In this document: one piece after another, positions 19,724 through 29,231 of the stretch
Numbering within the stretch: position 1 is the first letter of the stretch
Layout: the number at the start of each line of letters is the position of its first letter
Origin: a virus
Length of the DNA: 64,000 nucleotides
IMG/VR virus record: IMGVR_UViG_3300032235_000623
Location: 32,001-96,000 of that record
Strand: one strand, 5' to 3'
Notes under the pieces: model-generated
Databases searched by the model: none
What the model saw: only the letters and a program-made list of their open reading frames with translations
Told to the model about the DNA's origin: nothing
Program-made: the position numbers and the translations under genes

Positions 19724-19957
19724 ATGAAAAGAAAGCTATTAGATGGGTCTGCGGTAGACTCTTTAGAAAGCCCTGTACAGTTAGTTATTCATACTAAGGC
19801 TCCACAAAAATGGAAGATAATAGATATGGAAACTGGCGAAGAGTACATTGGTTCAGAAATATCGCATCCAGTTTTTAGCAAAACATTAAAAAGTAAGGTT
19901 TTAGCTGGTCATATCGGATCGTGGAAAAAAATAAAATTTAGGAATAAAAATGAGTAA
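19724..19957 (+). CDS. hypothetical protein
   Basis: Leaderless-type start after TATAAT. Confidence 0.65.
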   Translation: MKRKLLDGSAVDSLESPVQLVIHTKAPQKWKIIDMETGEEYIGSEISHPVFSKTLKSKVLAGHIGSWKKIKFRNKNE

Positions 19958-20080
19958 ATATTCTATTAAAAAAGAACAAAAGTGCTACTACTGCACTGAG
20001 GAAGGTCTTTATTTTGACTATGCTGATTATAGATGTATAAGTGTTTGTAAAAATCATTTAAATATGGAAGCCTCAAGCTA

Positions 20081-21328
20081 ATGTCAATTCAAAATAATTT
20101 AAAAAAAGCTGGTCCAGAATTTCTTTTAAATTTAAAAAAACAAAATGGTGAAGTATTTTGGATACAGGATTATTTATTTGCATTCAATGAAAACTACGTA
20201 AATGAAATTTATGTTAAGCAGTACAACAACTTTACAAAAGCTGGCGGATGGCATAAGATTAAAGAGGGAATAGGATCAGGGTTGCTCACTAGTGAAGAGC
20301 CAAAGCACCTAGTCAATAGAAGAATACTAAACCCTGCATTTCATGTGAATAAGATTAATAAGCATATTGATGAAATGCGTTCAATAATTTCAAAAGAATT
20401 AAGTAATTTACAAAGTCAGAGTGAATTTAATATATCAGATTATTTTTTAAACTTGAGCTATATAGTATTAACTAATACCTTATTTAATGATAAAAACCTA
20501 TCTGAATCAAAAGAATTTAAAGATATATTTTATTCAATTATGAAGAAAACTGTTGATGACGAAGATCCGCACCATGAATCTTTGGAAGAGTATAGGAGCA
20601 GTTTATATAATTTAATATCAAAAGTAGTTTTGGATAGAGTCTCTAACGAAGAACATAATGATGACTTCCTAGACCTATTAATTGAATCATTCAATGATGG
20701 CGAGATGTCATTGCATGAAATAGTGGATGAGATACTCAGTATGCTACTTGCTGGACATGAAACAACGGCTAACGTCGTATCATGGGCAATATGTCATGTG
20801 TCATTAAATCAGGAAATAAAGAATAATATAAAAATAGAATCAGACTTATTTATAAATAAAATAAATACCAATGGAGTTCTTGATTCTTTAAAGGATTTAA
20901 CAAATTCAGAATATGCTATAAAGGAAACATTAAGACTCTATCCTCCAGTCTGGTCTAGCCCAAGGGAGGCAATTAGTGATTGCTATATAGAGGACACCTT
21001 CATTCCAAAGGGAACAAAAATTATATTAAGCTCATATGTTTCCCATAGAGATGAAAAGTATTTTGATGATCCAGAATTATTTATGCCAGATAGATGGGAT
21101 AATAATTTTGAGGACACCCTACCTCAAGGCTCATACTTTCCATTCCATCTTGGTCCAAGAAAGTGTATCGGATATCGTTTTGGAGAAATACAGGCAAAAA
21201 TTACATTACTAGAATTTTTTAAAAACTTTGAGATTGATTTATTGAACGGAATGCCTAAAGGTGTGCCATATGCAACATATAGAATATCTGAAAATTTCTG
21301 TGTTGAATTAAGAAAGAGTGATCAGTGA
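20081..21328 (+). CDS. cytochrome P450
   Basis: AGHETT I-helix, ETLRLYPP, PDRW, FHLGPRKCIG heme motif. Confidence 0.95.
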   Translation: MSIQNNLKKAGPEFLLNLKKQNGEVFWIQDYLFAFNENYVNEIYVKQYNNFTKAGGWHKIKEGIGSGLLTSEEPKHLVNRRILNPAFHVNKINKHIDEMRSIISKELSNLQSQSEFNISDYFLNLSYIVLTNTLFNDKNLSESKEFKDIFYSIMKKTVDDEDPHHESLEEYRSSLYNLISKVVLDRVSNEEHNDDFLDLLIESFNDGEMSLHEIVDEILSMLLAGHETTANVVSWAICHVSLNQEIKNNIKIESDLFINKINTNGVLDSLKDLTNSEYAIKETLRLYPPVWSSPREAISDCYIEDTFIPKGTKIILSSYVSHRDEKYFDDPELFMPDRWDNNFEDTLPQGSYFPFHLGPRKCIGYRFGEIQAKITLLEFFKNFEIDLLNGMPKGVPYATYRISENFCVELRKSDQ

Positions 21329-22113
21329 AGATTCATTACATGACAGACTCAGGAAACGATCTATCTGAGCTATCAAATATCCTAGATGATGCAGGCTACT
21401 ACTCTCTCCTTCTGGTATATCATTCAACAAAACCAGATGCCTGGATTAAATGTGCTAATGCTTTAAATAAAAAACATAAGTTTAAGTACATGATAGCCAT
21501 GAGGCCGTATGCAATTAGCCCAGAGTACTTTTCTATGATGTGCAACGCATTTAATGAGCTGTCTCCAAACAGGATAATGTTTAACATAGTAGCTGGAGAC
21601 TTACATAAAGAAGAGAAAAGCGTAGAGCATGCTTTATTTATCGGCGACCTTATAGAAACATCAGAAAAGAGAGTAAAGTATACTGCTGAATGGATAAAGA
21701 AATTAAAAGAAATTAATAAGATAAGGCCATTCCCAGAGATAGTAATGTCTGGGTTTTCTGATAAAACATTAGAAACTGCTGCAGAGTTTGCGGACTATAA
21801 TTTATGTATGATTGATACATACAAAGAGCATACAGATAGATTTAATAAAAATAAAAATAGAATGGTTTCTGCTCAGATTATAATAAGGGATACGTATGAG
21901 GAAGCAAAAGAGTTTGCTGATAAATATGTGCCAGAAGAGCACAAAAGAAGGTGGACAATTTTTGGAACAGAGTCTGACATTATTAATGAGTTTGAATATC
22001 TTGAGTCTATTGGGGTCACAGACATAATGCTTAGATCGCATAATTCAGATTTAAAGGTTAATTTAACTCACAATTTTGTAAAAAAATATAACTCAAGAGA
22101 AATGGTACAATAA
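21325..22113 (+). CDS. luciferase-like (LLM/SsuD-type) flavin monooxygenase
   Basis: KYMIAMRP, RIMFNIVAG, IIRDT.EEA, FGT. Confidence 0.8.
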   Translation: MKIHYMTDSGNDLSELSNILDDAGYYSLLLVYHSTKPDAWIKCANALNKKHKFKYMIAMRPYAISPEYFSMMCNAFNELSPNRIMFNIVAGDLHKEEKSVEHALFIGDLIETSEKRVKYTAEWIKKLKEINKIRPFPEIVMSGFSDKTLETAAEFADYNLCMIDTYKEHTDRFNKNKNRMVSAQIIIRDTYEEAKEFADKYVPEEHKRRWTIFGTESDIINEFEYLESIGVTDIMLRSHNSDLKVNLTHNFVKKYNSREMVQ

Positions 22114-22116
22114 GAT

Positions 22117-22797
22117 ATGACTAAAATTTATGCAATAGGTGACTGCCACCTATCAAGAGTGCAGGAACATTATAATCCAAGCGAAAGCGATGTGGATTTT
22201 GTTATATGGGGCAAGGCTGCGAAGAAGATATGGGACATTAATTTTGCAGAGATGCTGACGCTGGACGAGGTATCCTCTGGTAAAGAGCAGCAAAGATTTG
22301 ATGGAGACGGTGTAACGCTATTTAGCCAAATTAAAGATGAAGATATATTGTTCGCATGGTTTGGATATGTTGATATTAGAACATTTTTATCTAAATATAA
22401 CAATGCTGATGAGGTTGCTAAAAGGTATGTAGATCAGCTTAAATCTTATTTTAAAAATTCTTTAATTGTTATTATAGAGCCTCTACCTCAGTTTACTGAA
22501 ATGTTATTAAAGTACGAAGGTATTAGTCCATCATATACATATGAAGAAAGATTGAACCAAAATAAACTCTTTATAGAGTCTTTGCACAAATATGCATCAG
22601 ATGCAGGAATTACACATTTTATAACTCAAGACGATATAAAAAAGGCCATAGGAAGCGATGAGTTAACGCCTGCTATGACTCACACAAAAGCCCCTCACCC
22701 AGTTGATGGCTTGAAGGACGAATATAACCAAAATATATTTTTCTTGTTTGAAAGATATGCCAAAAAAATTATAGAGGAGAACTTTAATGACAACTAA
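22117..22797 (+). CDS. SGNH-like hypothetical protein
   Basis: YAIGDCH, WFGYVDIR. Confidence 0.55.
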   Translation: MTKIYAIGDCHLSRVQEHYNPSESDVDFVIWGKAAKKIWDINFAEMLTLDEVSSGKEQQRFDGDGVTLFSQIKDEDILFAWFGYVDIRTFLSKYNNADEVAKRYVDQLKSYFKNSLIVIIEPLPQFTEMLLKYEGISPSYTYEERLNQNKLFIESLHKYASDAGITHFITQDDIKKAIGSDELTPAMTHTKAPHPVDGLKDEYNQNIFFLFERYAKKIIEENFNDN

Positions 22798-23338
22798 CCA
22801 CGAAATGGTAACAGATAAAATTGTACAGTTTAATGATGTATTTGAGGACTTGGATGCTGTAGTTTCCAAGGTAGAGTCTGGATCCTGGGAGCACTGGGGT
22901 AGAGCAAATAATGAACGTGTTGGAACATTAAGATGGATCTATAAGATAGAAGGCTATCTTTATAATGAAATTAATTCAGCTGTTACAAAAGCAGCAGACG
23001 AATATTTTGAGAACCAATCTATTAAAAAGAATGAGTATATGTTTTCGAACAGCTCATATCATATTAGAAAATGGGATGCACCAATGAGAGGCATGGAGCC
23101 TCATTCAGACTTTTCAGCAAATGAGGATGGAAGCAGAAGCAACCCCTCATACACCATATGTGGTTATATCACAGAGGATTACGAGGGCGGGCACCTAGAA
23201 TTTCCTAAGCACAACATATCTATTAAGCCAAAAGCTGGATCTATTATAATATTTCCATCTGATGAATGGCACGGAGTTTCTGATGTAATAAGCGGAAATA
23301 GAATGATGTTTAGCTTATTTATACATAAAACCCATTGA
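22787..23338 (+). CDS. 2OG-Fe(II) dioxygenase
   Basis: HSD, DYEGG, HGV..VISGNR. Confidence 0.88.
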   Translation: MTTNHEMVTDKIVQFNDVFEDLDAVVSKVESGSWEHWGRANNERVGTLRWIYKIEGYLYNEINSAVTKAADEYFENQSIKKNEYMFSNSSYHIRKWDAPMRGMEPHSDFSANEDGSRSNPSYTICGYITEDYEGGHLEFPKHNISIKPKAGSIIIFPSDEWHGVSDVISGNRMMFSLFIHKTH

Positions 23339-23455
23339 CAAAACTTCAGTTATTTTATATGATTATCTCATGTCCATAAAAGAATATAACTCATCCTACT
23401 CTGAATGCGAGTGTGGAAAGATAATGTGCCCTAAGTGCTCAGAGGTAGGTAGATA

Positions 23456-23734
23456 ATGATAAGCTTAGTTGACTGGTTTATTAACAGATTATTTAGTAAT
23501 AGATACCTTAGAGAGGCTATCTTTGCTGAGGTACATTTCTATGATCATATAGAGGCAGCTCTAAAAGAGCCTACAACAAACCTATCCTGGGAAGAAGGCG
23601 GACTTTGGTATGGGTATACCTTTAATGAAATGCATAAGTTATATCTATTTGATGATACTGGATATGAGACAATGACAGAACTCTGGGACAACCTATGGAC
23701 CAGAGACATGGAGCACGGATTGAGTTATAGATGA
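23456..23734 (+). CDS. hypothetical protein
   Basis: ORF track, RBS. Confidence 0.65.
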   Translation: MISLVDWFINRLFSNRYLREAIFAEVHFYDHIEAALKEPTTNLSWEEGGLWYGYTFNEMHKLYLFDDTGYETMTELWDNLWTRDMEHGLSYR

Positions 23735-24027
23735 CAGAGTACTGGTCGTATCTCTTAGCAGCAATTGGCGTTACAGGCATATTCTTTGTTGGTCGAAAGA
23801 CCATTTGGGGATGGCTGATCTTATTATTAAATGAATGTATATGGATAGCATACGCATTAGCCACGGATCAATATGGGTTCATTATCATGGCTACAGCCTA
23901 TTCTGCTGTATATATTAAATCTTTTATATCTTGGAAGAAAGAAGAAAAAGAAGAACATATCTCACAATATGAGATTAATACTCATGGTCAAATAGATCAT
24001 AGATATATACATATTGATCGCAATTAG
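23731..24027 (+). CDS. PnuC-like small membrane protein
   Basis: Three TMs, K.IWGW motif. Confidence 0.55.
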   Translation: MTEYWSYLLAAIGVTGIFFVGRKTIWGWLILLLNECIWIAYALATDQYGFIIMATAYSAVYIKSFISWKKEEKEEHISQYEINTHGQIDHRYIHIDRN

Positions 24028-24497
24028 TGAAGCGCAAAAGTAGAGAGCAGAATTTCGAATATATGACAAAAAAAGAGATCATATTCGCCTTATATAATCA
24101 AGGCATGTCGTACCGACAAATCAAAGAGCAAACTGGCTTTTCAAAAGGCACCATTTCCTATCATTTGGGCGAAGGGGTCAAAGAGAGGGCAATGGATCGG
24201 CGGAAGCAGGATAGACATAAAATTACCACCTATATCAGAGAAGAAAAGGTGGGCAAGGTATGTATGGACTGCAGAGAAGATTATCCCCATTGGATTCTAG
24301 AATTTGACCATAGACCAGGGGAGGAAAAGAAATTTACCATTGGTACCCATAATATCGCTAGAGACAAATCACTAGATGAAGTTAAAGATGAAATAGCTAA
24401 ATGTGATATCGTATGTGCTAATTGCCATAAGAATAGGACATACTGGAGAAAGCTCAAGAATGGAGTCTATCCAGCAACCAAGGAACTATACGACTAG
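24027..24497 (+). CDS. HTH + HNH endonuclease
   Basis: SYRQI..SKGTISYH; CMDC, EFDH, CANCH. Confidence 0.8.
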   Translation: MKRKSREQNFEYMTKKEIIFALYNQGMSYRQIKEQTGFSKGTISYHLGEGVKERAMDRRKQDRHKITTYIREEKVGKVCMDCREDYPHWILEFDHRPGEEKKFTIGTHNIARDKSLDEVKDEIAKCDIVCANCHKNRTYWRKLKNGVYPATKELYD

Positions 24498-24498
24498 G

Positions 24499-25026
24499 AT
24501 GAACTCTTGGCAATATGGGCTTACAGCCCAAGAAGAAGCCTTGTGTGTAGAGGTAGGATATCAGCGTCAAAAGCCATACTTTGGCGATCCTAGCAAAAAC
24601 ATTAATTATGCTGAAGGTGACCTATGGGAGATGTGGCAGCATGTCATATGTGCAGGGTCTGAGCTAGCATTTGCCAGAATGATGGGTAATAAGGAATTTG
24701 TACCTCATGTGAACAAATGGAAGACTGAATTAGATATCCCAGGTGTTGGTGAGATAAGATACTCGTTTAATCCAGATGGTGGACTTAGATTCACAAATAG
24801 GGATAATCCTGATCTCAAATATGTATTATTAATTGACGGGATGGCTATCAAAAATAGGACGGGGAAGAACGAAGAAAGACGAAGTACTCCCTATAAAGCT
24901 ATAGGATGGCTATATGGACATGAATGTATGAAGGATGAATATCTATCTAAATACAATAATAGAACATGGGTTGTACCTCAGAGCAAATTAAAACCTATGC
25001 CTAACCATATTAAACCAGTTGACTAG
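24499..25026 (+). CDS. hypothetical phage protein
   Basis: Start MNSWQY after upstream stop. Confidence 0.65.
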   Translation: MNSWQYGLTAQEEALCVEVGYQRQKPYFGDPSKNINYAEGDLWEMWQHVICAGSELAFARMMGNKEFVPHVNKWKTELDIPGVGEIRYSFNPDGGLRFTNRDNPDLKYVLLIDGMAIKNRTGKNEERRSTPYKAIGWLYGHECMKDEYLSKYNNRTWVVPQSKLKPMPNHIKPVD

Positions 25027-25049
25027 AATATATATAGTATAATATAGAT

Positions 25050-25202
25050 ATGAGCATACTCGACAATTTAGAAGCATATCTAGAATTAGAAGAATTAGAT
25101 CCACTTGGTAAATCTTGGAAAGATGCACCAGATTGGTGTGACGATTGTGTAGCAAATCCTGGAGAGAAATGTCCAGATTGTGGCTATACACATAATTGCT
25201 GA
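25050..25202 (+). CDS. small Cys-rich protein (50 aa)
   Basis: CDDC..CPDCG; leaderless-type start. Confidence 0.55.
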   Translation: MSILDNLEAYLELEELDPLGKSWKDAPDWCDDCVANPGEKCPDCGYTHNC

Positions 25203-25291
25203 AGCTCCACAAAATAGGACATATTAGCTCCTAGCTCCTATATCCCCCTCCTAATTATCTCCTCTCTATGAGCCTCCTAGAGGCTTTTAAA

Positions 25292-25317
25292 GTGGAGTAA
25301 AGTGGAGTATTGTGGAG
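25292..25317 (+). promoter_or_regulatory. MraZ-box-like triple repeat
   Basis: GTGGAG x3 at exact 10-bp period. Confidence 0.6.
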
Positions 25318-25674
25318 AATATTACTATCAATTCATGTCTAATTACTATTATTATATATAGATAAAGATATATGAGTAATTGAACACCATCTCACAATAT
25401 GGACGTAATCCCAATTTGAGCAATTTGCAGCATATTCTGCCATTTCTGTCAATAGTGGCATATTCAGGCAATTTTGTCAAGCCTTCGTAAAGGAAAAATT
25501 GTGCCCATTTCGCCAAAAATTTGATCCAAATTCTGACAGATATTATATCTATTTTATTATATTGTTATAACATTTTGTTATATTCTATATTCATTTTGTC
25601 TTATTCTGATCAAAATTTCAGGGACATTTTATAAGCTGTCGTAAACGAATTATTTGGCCCATAATTTTTTCATA

Positions 25675-25731
25675 GAAAAAGGACCTATACATCCAAAATG
25701 TACATCATGTACAAATCGGACATATAGGTCC
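25675..25731 (-). terminator. terminator closing the minus-strand block
   Basis: GGACCTATA..TATAGGTCC inverted repeat followed by T-run on minus strand. Confidence 0.7.
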
Positions 25732-25754
25732 AGTGGAAATATGTTTATTTAGTT

Positions 25755-26162
25755 TTATGGACCAACTGTTGCAACTGCCTGGAAATGAGCTGTTTCTCCA
25801 TGGTAGTCTCCATGTAGCCATTTCTTATCAGATTCTTGATATAGGTTCTCAATTGATTTAGTTTTATGTTGTTTTACATTAGGGATTTTGATATTATTAA
25901 ATTCCCGCTTTTCTTTAACTAAGTTAATTGCTTTATGTAGGTTATTGGCTAGGATTAAGCCTTCGCTTGTATTGCCTTCCGCCAACTCAACATCATATCG
26001 TTGCTTCATTGAGAATACGATATTTACAACGAGTTCCATTACCTTATCAACTGTATAAATTGGCTGATTAGATAAATGCCGTGCCACCGCTGCCGTGTTG
26101 AAGAAATGGTCTTCGACACATGAAGCAACTGTGTCTGCTAGTTTTGTTTCTCTTGGTTGCAT
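25755..26162 (-). CDS. hypothetical protein
   Basis: Own promoter copy (26192-26213) and RBS. Confidence 0.7.
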   Translation of the reverse strand: MQPRETKLADTVASCVEDHFFNTAAVARHLSNQPIYTVDKVMELVVNIVFSMKQRYDVELAEGNTSEGLILANNLHKAINLVKEKREFNNIKIPNVKQHKTKSIENLYQESDKKWLHGDYHGETAHFQAVATVGP

Positions 26163-26240
26163 TTGTTTCCGCCTTTTCTATAGAACCGTTGATTATATCA
26201 GAAAGGGCTGACTTGCGCCAGCCCTTCCCACATTATGAGA

Positions 26241-26387
26241 TTACTTCTTTGAGCTTGGGGTTTCTGCTGTAAACTTGATACCCTGCTTCTCTGCCTCTGC
26301 AAGTACGTTCTTTGCAGCTGATGAGAAACGACCACGGCGGCCTACAGAGATTCCCTTTGATACTAGATATTCACGCTTTGTTGTCAT
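26241..26387 (-). CDS. Lsr2 C-terminal-domain-like mini DNA-binding protein (48 aa)
   Basis: KREYLVSKGISVGRRGRFS; GAAAGGA RBS; TTTACA-17-TATAAT promoter. Confidence 0.65.
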   Translation of the reverse strand: MTTKREYLVSKGISVGRRGRFSSAAKNVLAEAEKQGIKFTAETPSSKK

Positions 26388-26513
26388 TTGATTTGATCCT
26401 TTCATGATCGGTTGTTATATATATTATATAAGATATTCACGAATTTGTAAATACCCTCGTAACTATTTTTTTTATCCCTTATATGTTTATTTAGTTATAT
26501 TAAATTAGTTATA

Positions 26514-27729
26514 TTAATTAACTAATTCGTAGTCATATGGGTCAATAGAGTTATCTATCTCTAATTGGATCCATTCTGTTCTATCTGCAGCATCAGCCTT
26601 TTCATAGGCCTCCTGCAAGCTTTCCGCCTCCACCTCCAGATAATACTTGTCTACAAGGTCTCCGAATATTTTGAATTTAGTCATCCTCTTCCTCCTCATC
26701 TTCTTCAAACATTAAGTCTGTCATAATATCATTATCTGTCATCCAGTCACGTACATCTTCGTAGTGCTGTTCTGCCCCGTATTCTAGAGAGAACCCGTGT
26801 CCGTTTTTAACAGACTCACACAGCCTGTCCCATACCTCATCCTCTGACATCTCAAAGCGGTACTCCTCATCGGCCATAAAACCCTTGATTGTGCTCCAGG
26901 TCCATAGCCAAACCAGGGATAGCCCCAGGTCCGTTGTATCTAGGATATCGAGACATTGGTTTAGTTTATCTTTATCTTGTGGCTTCACGTTGCTTGGTCC
27001 TTTCATTAATTGAGAATGCTAATTGATAAGTTAATCCATATACAGCAGTCAAGGCGTCCATATAGCCTTCGTTGTACAGCCGCTCCACAGTGTCATCGTA
27101 GTCTTCATCTGAGCCCAATTCATTTGAGTTCTGTAGAAGAGGAACGAGGACCTGCTCGCATTCATACATCATGTTCTTCAATTCACCATGCAGAATGTCT
27201 GTCCCTGACTCACCAAGGTCGACGAGTTTCTGCAGGCGTGGTTCTAGTTCTGTAGTGTTCATTGGGCCATTATATCCTCTGCCACTGACAAAAAGTGGCG
27301 GGTAGCAATAATCTGTCCATTGATAGAGATATCCTCAATCTCTAAAGACTGATACTCATTTGATTCCATTTCTTCAAATAAATCCATTTCAGCCTGTAGA
27401 GCCTCAGAATCTTGCTCTAAACTAATTAGATGTAACTTCATATATTCGATTAATTGATTAGACATTTACTACCTCATATCTTTGAGTTAATCTATCATAA
27501 TATCTAGCAGCCTGACATGTGCAACTAAATATACCTGGTACATCTGAACATTCCCATTTATGTTCATGCATGATCGAAATACCCTTCTGCCCATAGGCCT
27601 TGTAAGAAATCATGAGCCATAACTAAATAATTATGAATTGCAGGATTATCATCAGCATTGACCAATAGGTCAGCTTGATAAACACCATACGTCATATCTG
27701 CTAAATCTTTTTGTGTGTAGCCCAACATT
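26514..27729 (-). CDS. run of small acidic hypothetical proteins (26514..26684, 26677..26988, 26972..27262, 27259..27465, 27564..27729)
   Basis: Overlapping start/stop coupling. Confidence 0.7.
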
Positions 27730-27891
27730 ATTTTACTTCCCAATACTCTAGTATTAGATTTAATGCAGAATGGATATTGCAATCACAATCCCCACCCATG
27801 TTATCCATAAATTCTAGATGACTATAATTGTCATCATAGATTTCATCTACTAATTGACCTACTGTCATTGCTCTTAGTTTGCTAATAGTTC

Positions 27892-28665
27892 TCATGCTTC
27901 CACCTTTTCTGTAGATTCCAATAATACACTATGGGTCTGACATTCTTTCATAGCCTCTTCATCCTGCCAAGAGCCTTGGTTGCATTCTGAGCAGAATTCA
28001 CCACAGTCATCTTCACAATAATCTAATGTATTAAATGATTGGCAAGCATAGCAGCGATTCTCATATTCTAGAATCTCTTTTACTTCACCACGGACAATCT
28101 CATATTCCCCACCCCAACCTGTTTCTTCCTCATACTCCAATGTGAGCAGGCAGTTTGGAACAAGATTAGATAGTTTAGTTAGAATAGTTACAGCAGGTGA
28201 CCATGCAGTCTCATATTTATAGACAACCCAGTTGTCATCACCATCTGACTTATATTCAATTATTTCTGTGTTTGGATACTTGTCATCATCAGATACAGCC
28301 ACATCCCATTTGGTGCCCCAATTAGAATTATTCCATGAGTACCAATCCTTTTGAGTCTTAGCAAACTCAACAGATTTAGCAAACCAATTAGGGTCCTTCA
28401 TATCTACACCATCACGTGCAGGCTGGCAGGCATACTCCTCATCAGTAATACCTTCATCTTTATATGAGTGGATATTAAAGAAAGCAAAGACAGGATTAGA
28501 ATAAGTTACTTCTTTAAATTTGGTGGGGAAACCCATAGATGAAATATCACCCATACCATGTGTCTCAATAGCCAATGTAAAAGGCTTATTCAATCTATCT
28601 TTAATCATATCTACCTCAGACTTAGGTCCTTGGATAGTCAATGTGTTATATACCCAATTTGGCAT
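27892..28665 (-). CDS. DUF1281/YubB-like phage protein
   Basis: MPNW..N.L.I.G, DWYSWN..NWGTKWD, ETAWSP. Confidence 0.75.
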   Translation of the reverse strand: MPNWVYNTLTIQGPKSEVDMIKDRLNKPFTLAIETHGMGDISSMGFPTKFKEVTYSNPVFAFFNIHSYKDEGITDEEYACQPARDGVDMKDPNWFAKSVEFAKTQKDWYSWNNSNWGTKWDVAVSDDDKYPNTEIIEYKSDGDDNWVVYKYETAWSPAVTILTKLSNLVPNCLLTLEYEEETGWGGEYEIVRGEVKEILEYENRCYACQSFNTLDYCEDDCGEFCSECNQGSWQDEEAMKECQTHSVLLESTEKVEA

Positions 28666-28826
28666 TATCGGCACACTCGCTTTGTTACATATTTGTAATA
28701 TGTATATGCTTTAGAAGATTTATCCTTAACTTGATATCTCTTATATGTACATACCTCAGCATTTGCTGGGGCGGAAACAATAGGAAGTAATCCTAGTATA
28801 ATACCTGCGATAATAGTTTTACGCAT
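28665..28826 (-). CDS. small secreted cationic two-Cys peptide
   Basis: Signal peptide ending ANA; mature EVCTYKRYQVKDKSSKAYTYYKYVTKRVCR; ACGAAAGGA RBS. Confidence 0.7.
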   Translation of the reverse strand: MRKTIIAGIILGLLPIVSAPANAEVCTYKRYQVKDKSSKAYTYYKYVTKRVCR

Positions 28827-28909
28827 TTTATATCCTTTCGTTGATATAAGAGAATTATACATTGGACCACCGACAAATGGAATAGATATGCTGTGTGAAT
28901 TGGACCACA

Positions 28910-28983
28910 TTGTTAGGTTTTGATCAAAGCTTGTTAGGTTTAATTAGATCTATTGTTAGATTTTATCAATCATTGTTAGGTTT
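28910..28983 (+). repeat. iteron-like direct repeats TTGTTAGRTTT x4
   Basis: Starts 28910, 28931, 28953, 28973. Confidence 0.8.
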
Positions 28984-29064
28984 GTGGTCAATATCACAGA
29001 ATTTCAGGAGATTTTGACTTGACCTCGTAAAAGAAATAATGTACTCTCTTGTCTTTGTGGGCAT

Positions 29065-29219
29065 AAAAAGATCCCCCGCCGATACCGCAGTATCAAGCGG
29101 GGGAATTATAGTAGGGCTGCCTGGCCAAACGAAAGGAATTAAGTAAATGCCTGCGTACTTAGCGACTTGGCGAATGCCTTAGTAGCCGCACCCCACATCC
29201 AAAGACAAACTAGTTGCCT
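29065..29219 (-). ncRNA. candidate ~150-nt sRNA with anti-SD tract and terminator
   Basis: TGATATAAT at 29226-29234, nested stems, CCCCCGC..GCGGGGGATCTTTT terminator. Confidence 0.45.
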
Positions 29220-29231
29220 AGGATTATTATA

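Noticed and set aside
25378-25400. Zur/Fur-like box
   Set aside because: Too many mismatches to the palindrome to support.
28910-28983. Mini-CRISPR array
   Set aside because: Repeats of 11 bp and gaps of ~10 bp are far too short; no cas genes.
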